A stretch of DNA of 32,000 bases from Candidatus Nitrospira inopinata (lineage in GTDB: Bacteria; Nitrospirota; Nitrospiria; Nitrospirales; Nitrospiraceae). A program made the position numbers and the translations under genes. A model generated the notes under the pieces. The model did no database searches. It had not been told where the DNA came from and saw only the letters and a list, made by a program, of their open reading frames with translations. Positions within the stretch are counted from its first letter, which is position 1. The number at the start of each line of letters is the position of its first letter. Positions 31,173 through 32,000 of this stretch are shown here, one piece after another. The stretch lies in the NCBI RefSeq assembly GCF_001458695.1, contig NZ_LN885086.1, positions 3,180,001-3,212,000 of the forward strand, given 5' to 3'.

Positions 31173-32000
31173 CTCGGCCGCCGCGCGTTTCACATCTTCC
31201 AGCGGATCATACCCTTTCGTCTCCAAAATCAGATAGGTCGGCGGTTCGGTCTTTAAGCGAACAACAAAGTCCGGCACATAGTCGTGCATTTGGCCATTGT
31301 GCAGATAAGGAATGGCGAAGCCAAGGCCTGCATTTTTGACGAAGGCCTCGACCGCGTCATGTCGATCCAGATAATAGGCAGCGGACTGCTCCCATTGTTT
31401 CGTGTCTGCGACGACATAGTTGAGGTGGGACTTGCTGACCTCCCGCACCTCGCGGCTGGTCCAAAAATCTACGTCCGCCGTTGAACCTGGTCCGCGGGTC
31501 GCTTCATAACGAGGCACTTCCGGCGCTTCTCCTTGTGACGTGTCAGGCCGAATCGCCTCCAGCAATCGCTCGACCACCCAGCCATAGTAGGGTGCAAGAA
31601 AGAGATCCTTCTTGTCAGCGGGCGGACGGGCCTCTACTTTCTTGTCGAGGTACGATTCAATAATGCCGGCGAGCTGCGGAAACAGTCTGTGAGTTGGAAT
31701 CGTGCATCGCTTCTGGGCAACATACTCCCGCGCAAGCGTTCTCCCAAGATCGAACACCAATTCCTGCATCCGCCGCTTCTCGCGAAACTCCTTGAGCGTG
31801 ACCTCGTCGATACGGCCGGGACCGGAAAGTGACAGCCGCCCCTTGTTGTTCACGTGCAGCCCCTTCACCTCGACCTCTGGCGGGATGCGGCCCGGTTCCA
31901 ACACCAGCGGAGGCACGGTCGCCCAATCGACCGTCACCTTGTTACGAATCGCCTGGGTGTAGCCCTCGACGCGAGGAAACTTAATCTCAAATTGTGCCTT
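31053..32000 (-). CDS. C-terminal part of a type III Res-like restriction enzyme (PD-(D/E)xK endonuclease region). The ORF continues past the right window edge.
   Basis: I checked that the frame is open from 31937 up to 32000 (KAQFEIKFPRVEGYTQAIRNKVTVDW...). The C-terminus has DYVPDFVVRL...YLILETKGY, a D...E-x-K nuclease core as found at the C-terminus of helicase-nuclease Res subunits. The track start (GTG 31937) is an artefact of the window edge. Confidence 0.7.
   Translation of the reverse strand, partial: KAQFEIKFPRVEGYTQAIRNKVTVDWATVPPLVLEPGRIPPEVEVKGLHVNNKGRLSLSGPGRIDEVTLKEFREKRRMQELVFDLGRTLAREYVAQKRCTIPTHRLFPQLAGIIESYLDKKVEARPPADKKDLFLAPYYGWVVERLLEAIRPDTSQGEAPEVPRYEATRGPGSTADVDFWTSREVREVSKSHLNYVVADTKQWEQSAAYYLDRHDAVEAFVKNAGLGFAIPYLHNGQMHDYVPDFVVRLKTEPPTYLILETKGYDPLEDVKRAAAERWVAAVNADGTYGKWRYAVVKKVADIPILFDSNFGNLLP

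Noticed and set aside
1-32000. CRISPR arrays, rRNA genes, and IS elements, transposases or integrases
   Set aside because: I saw no regularly spaced short repeats, no rRNA-like conserved stretches and no transposase- or integrase-like ORFs on either strand. The only dispersed repeat is the pair of about 190 bp at 30081/30974.

Overview
Gene-dense bacterial chromosomal window with high GC (about 60% by eye, and two visibly AT-richer patches at the window ends). I support about 35 protein genes. I found no rRNA, tRNA, CRISPR array, transposase or integrase by eye; no tRNA or Rfam scan could be run. The gene content points to a Nitrospirota (Nitrospira-like) or similar nitrite-oxidiser-type lineage: a Pup modifier ending in GGE, EB_dh/NxrC-type haem-b subunits, a TorD-like chaperone, multihaem cytochromes c and a K+-independent H+-PPase. 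That placement is inference only.

Layout:
- 1-2172: AT-richer minus-strand trio. It holds a pentapeptide-repeat protein that runs off the left edge (missed by the ORF track) and two unknown proteins.
- 2321-14930: housekeeping and miscellaneous genes. These are pepF, rluE, Fur-box-bearing bfd, a signal-peptide flavodoxin/WrbA-like protein with a Zn-ribbon partner, DUF192, rel, recJ, a stand-alone pup, hppA, and a small ORF with a methyltransferase-like gene.
- 15063-28822: thirteen co-directional minus-strand genes that form a periplasmic redox/cofactor cluster. They encode two pentahaem cytochromes c, a PDZ-like protein, two EB_dh haem-b paralogues, an NHL propeller, TatA, a TPR protein, a polytopic membrane protein, a B12-radical SAM enzyme, a TorD-like chaperone, a Tat NapG-like ferredoxin and an HExxH/Zn-ribbon protein. 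No catalytic molybdoenzyme subunit is present. This is my best candidate for an undescribed system.
- 29033-32000: a 7-blade WD40 protein, then a RelE/ParE toxin-antitoxin cassette bracketed by imperfect direct repeats of about 190 bp. The repeats duplicate the WD40 3' end and the 3' end of a type III Res-like restriction gene, which runs off the right edge.

Many very long antisense ORFs in the track are GC artefacts and were rejected.
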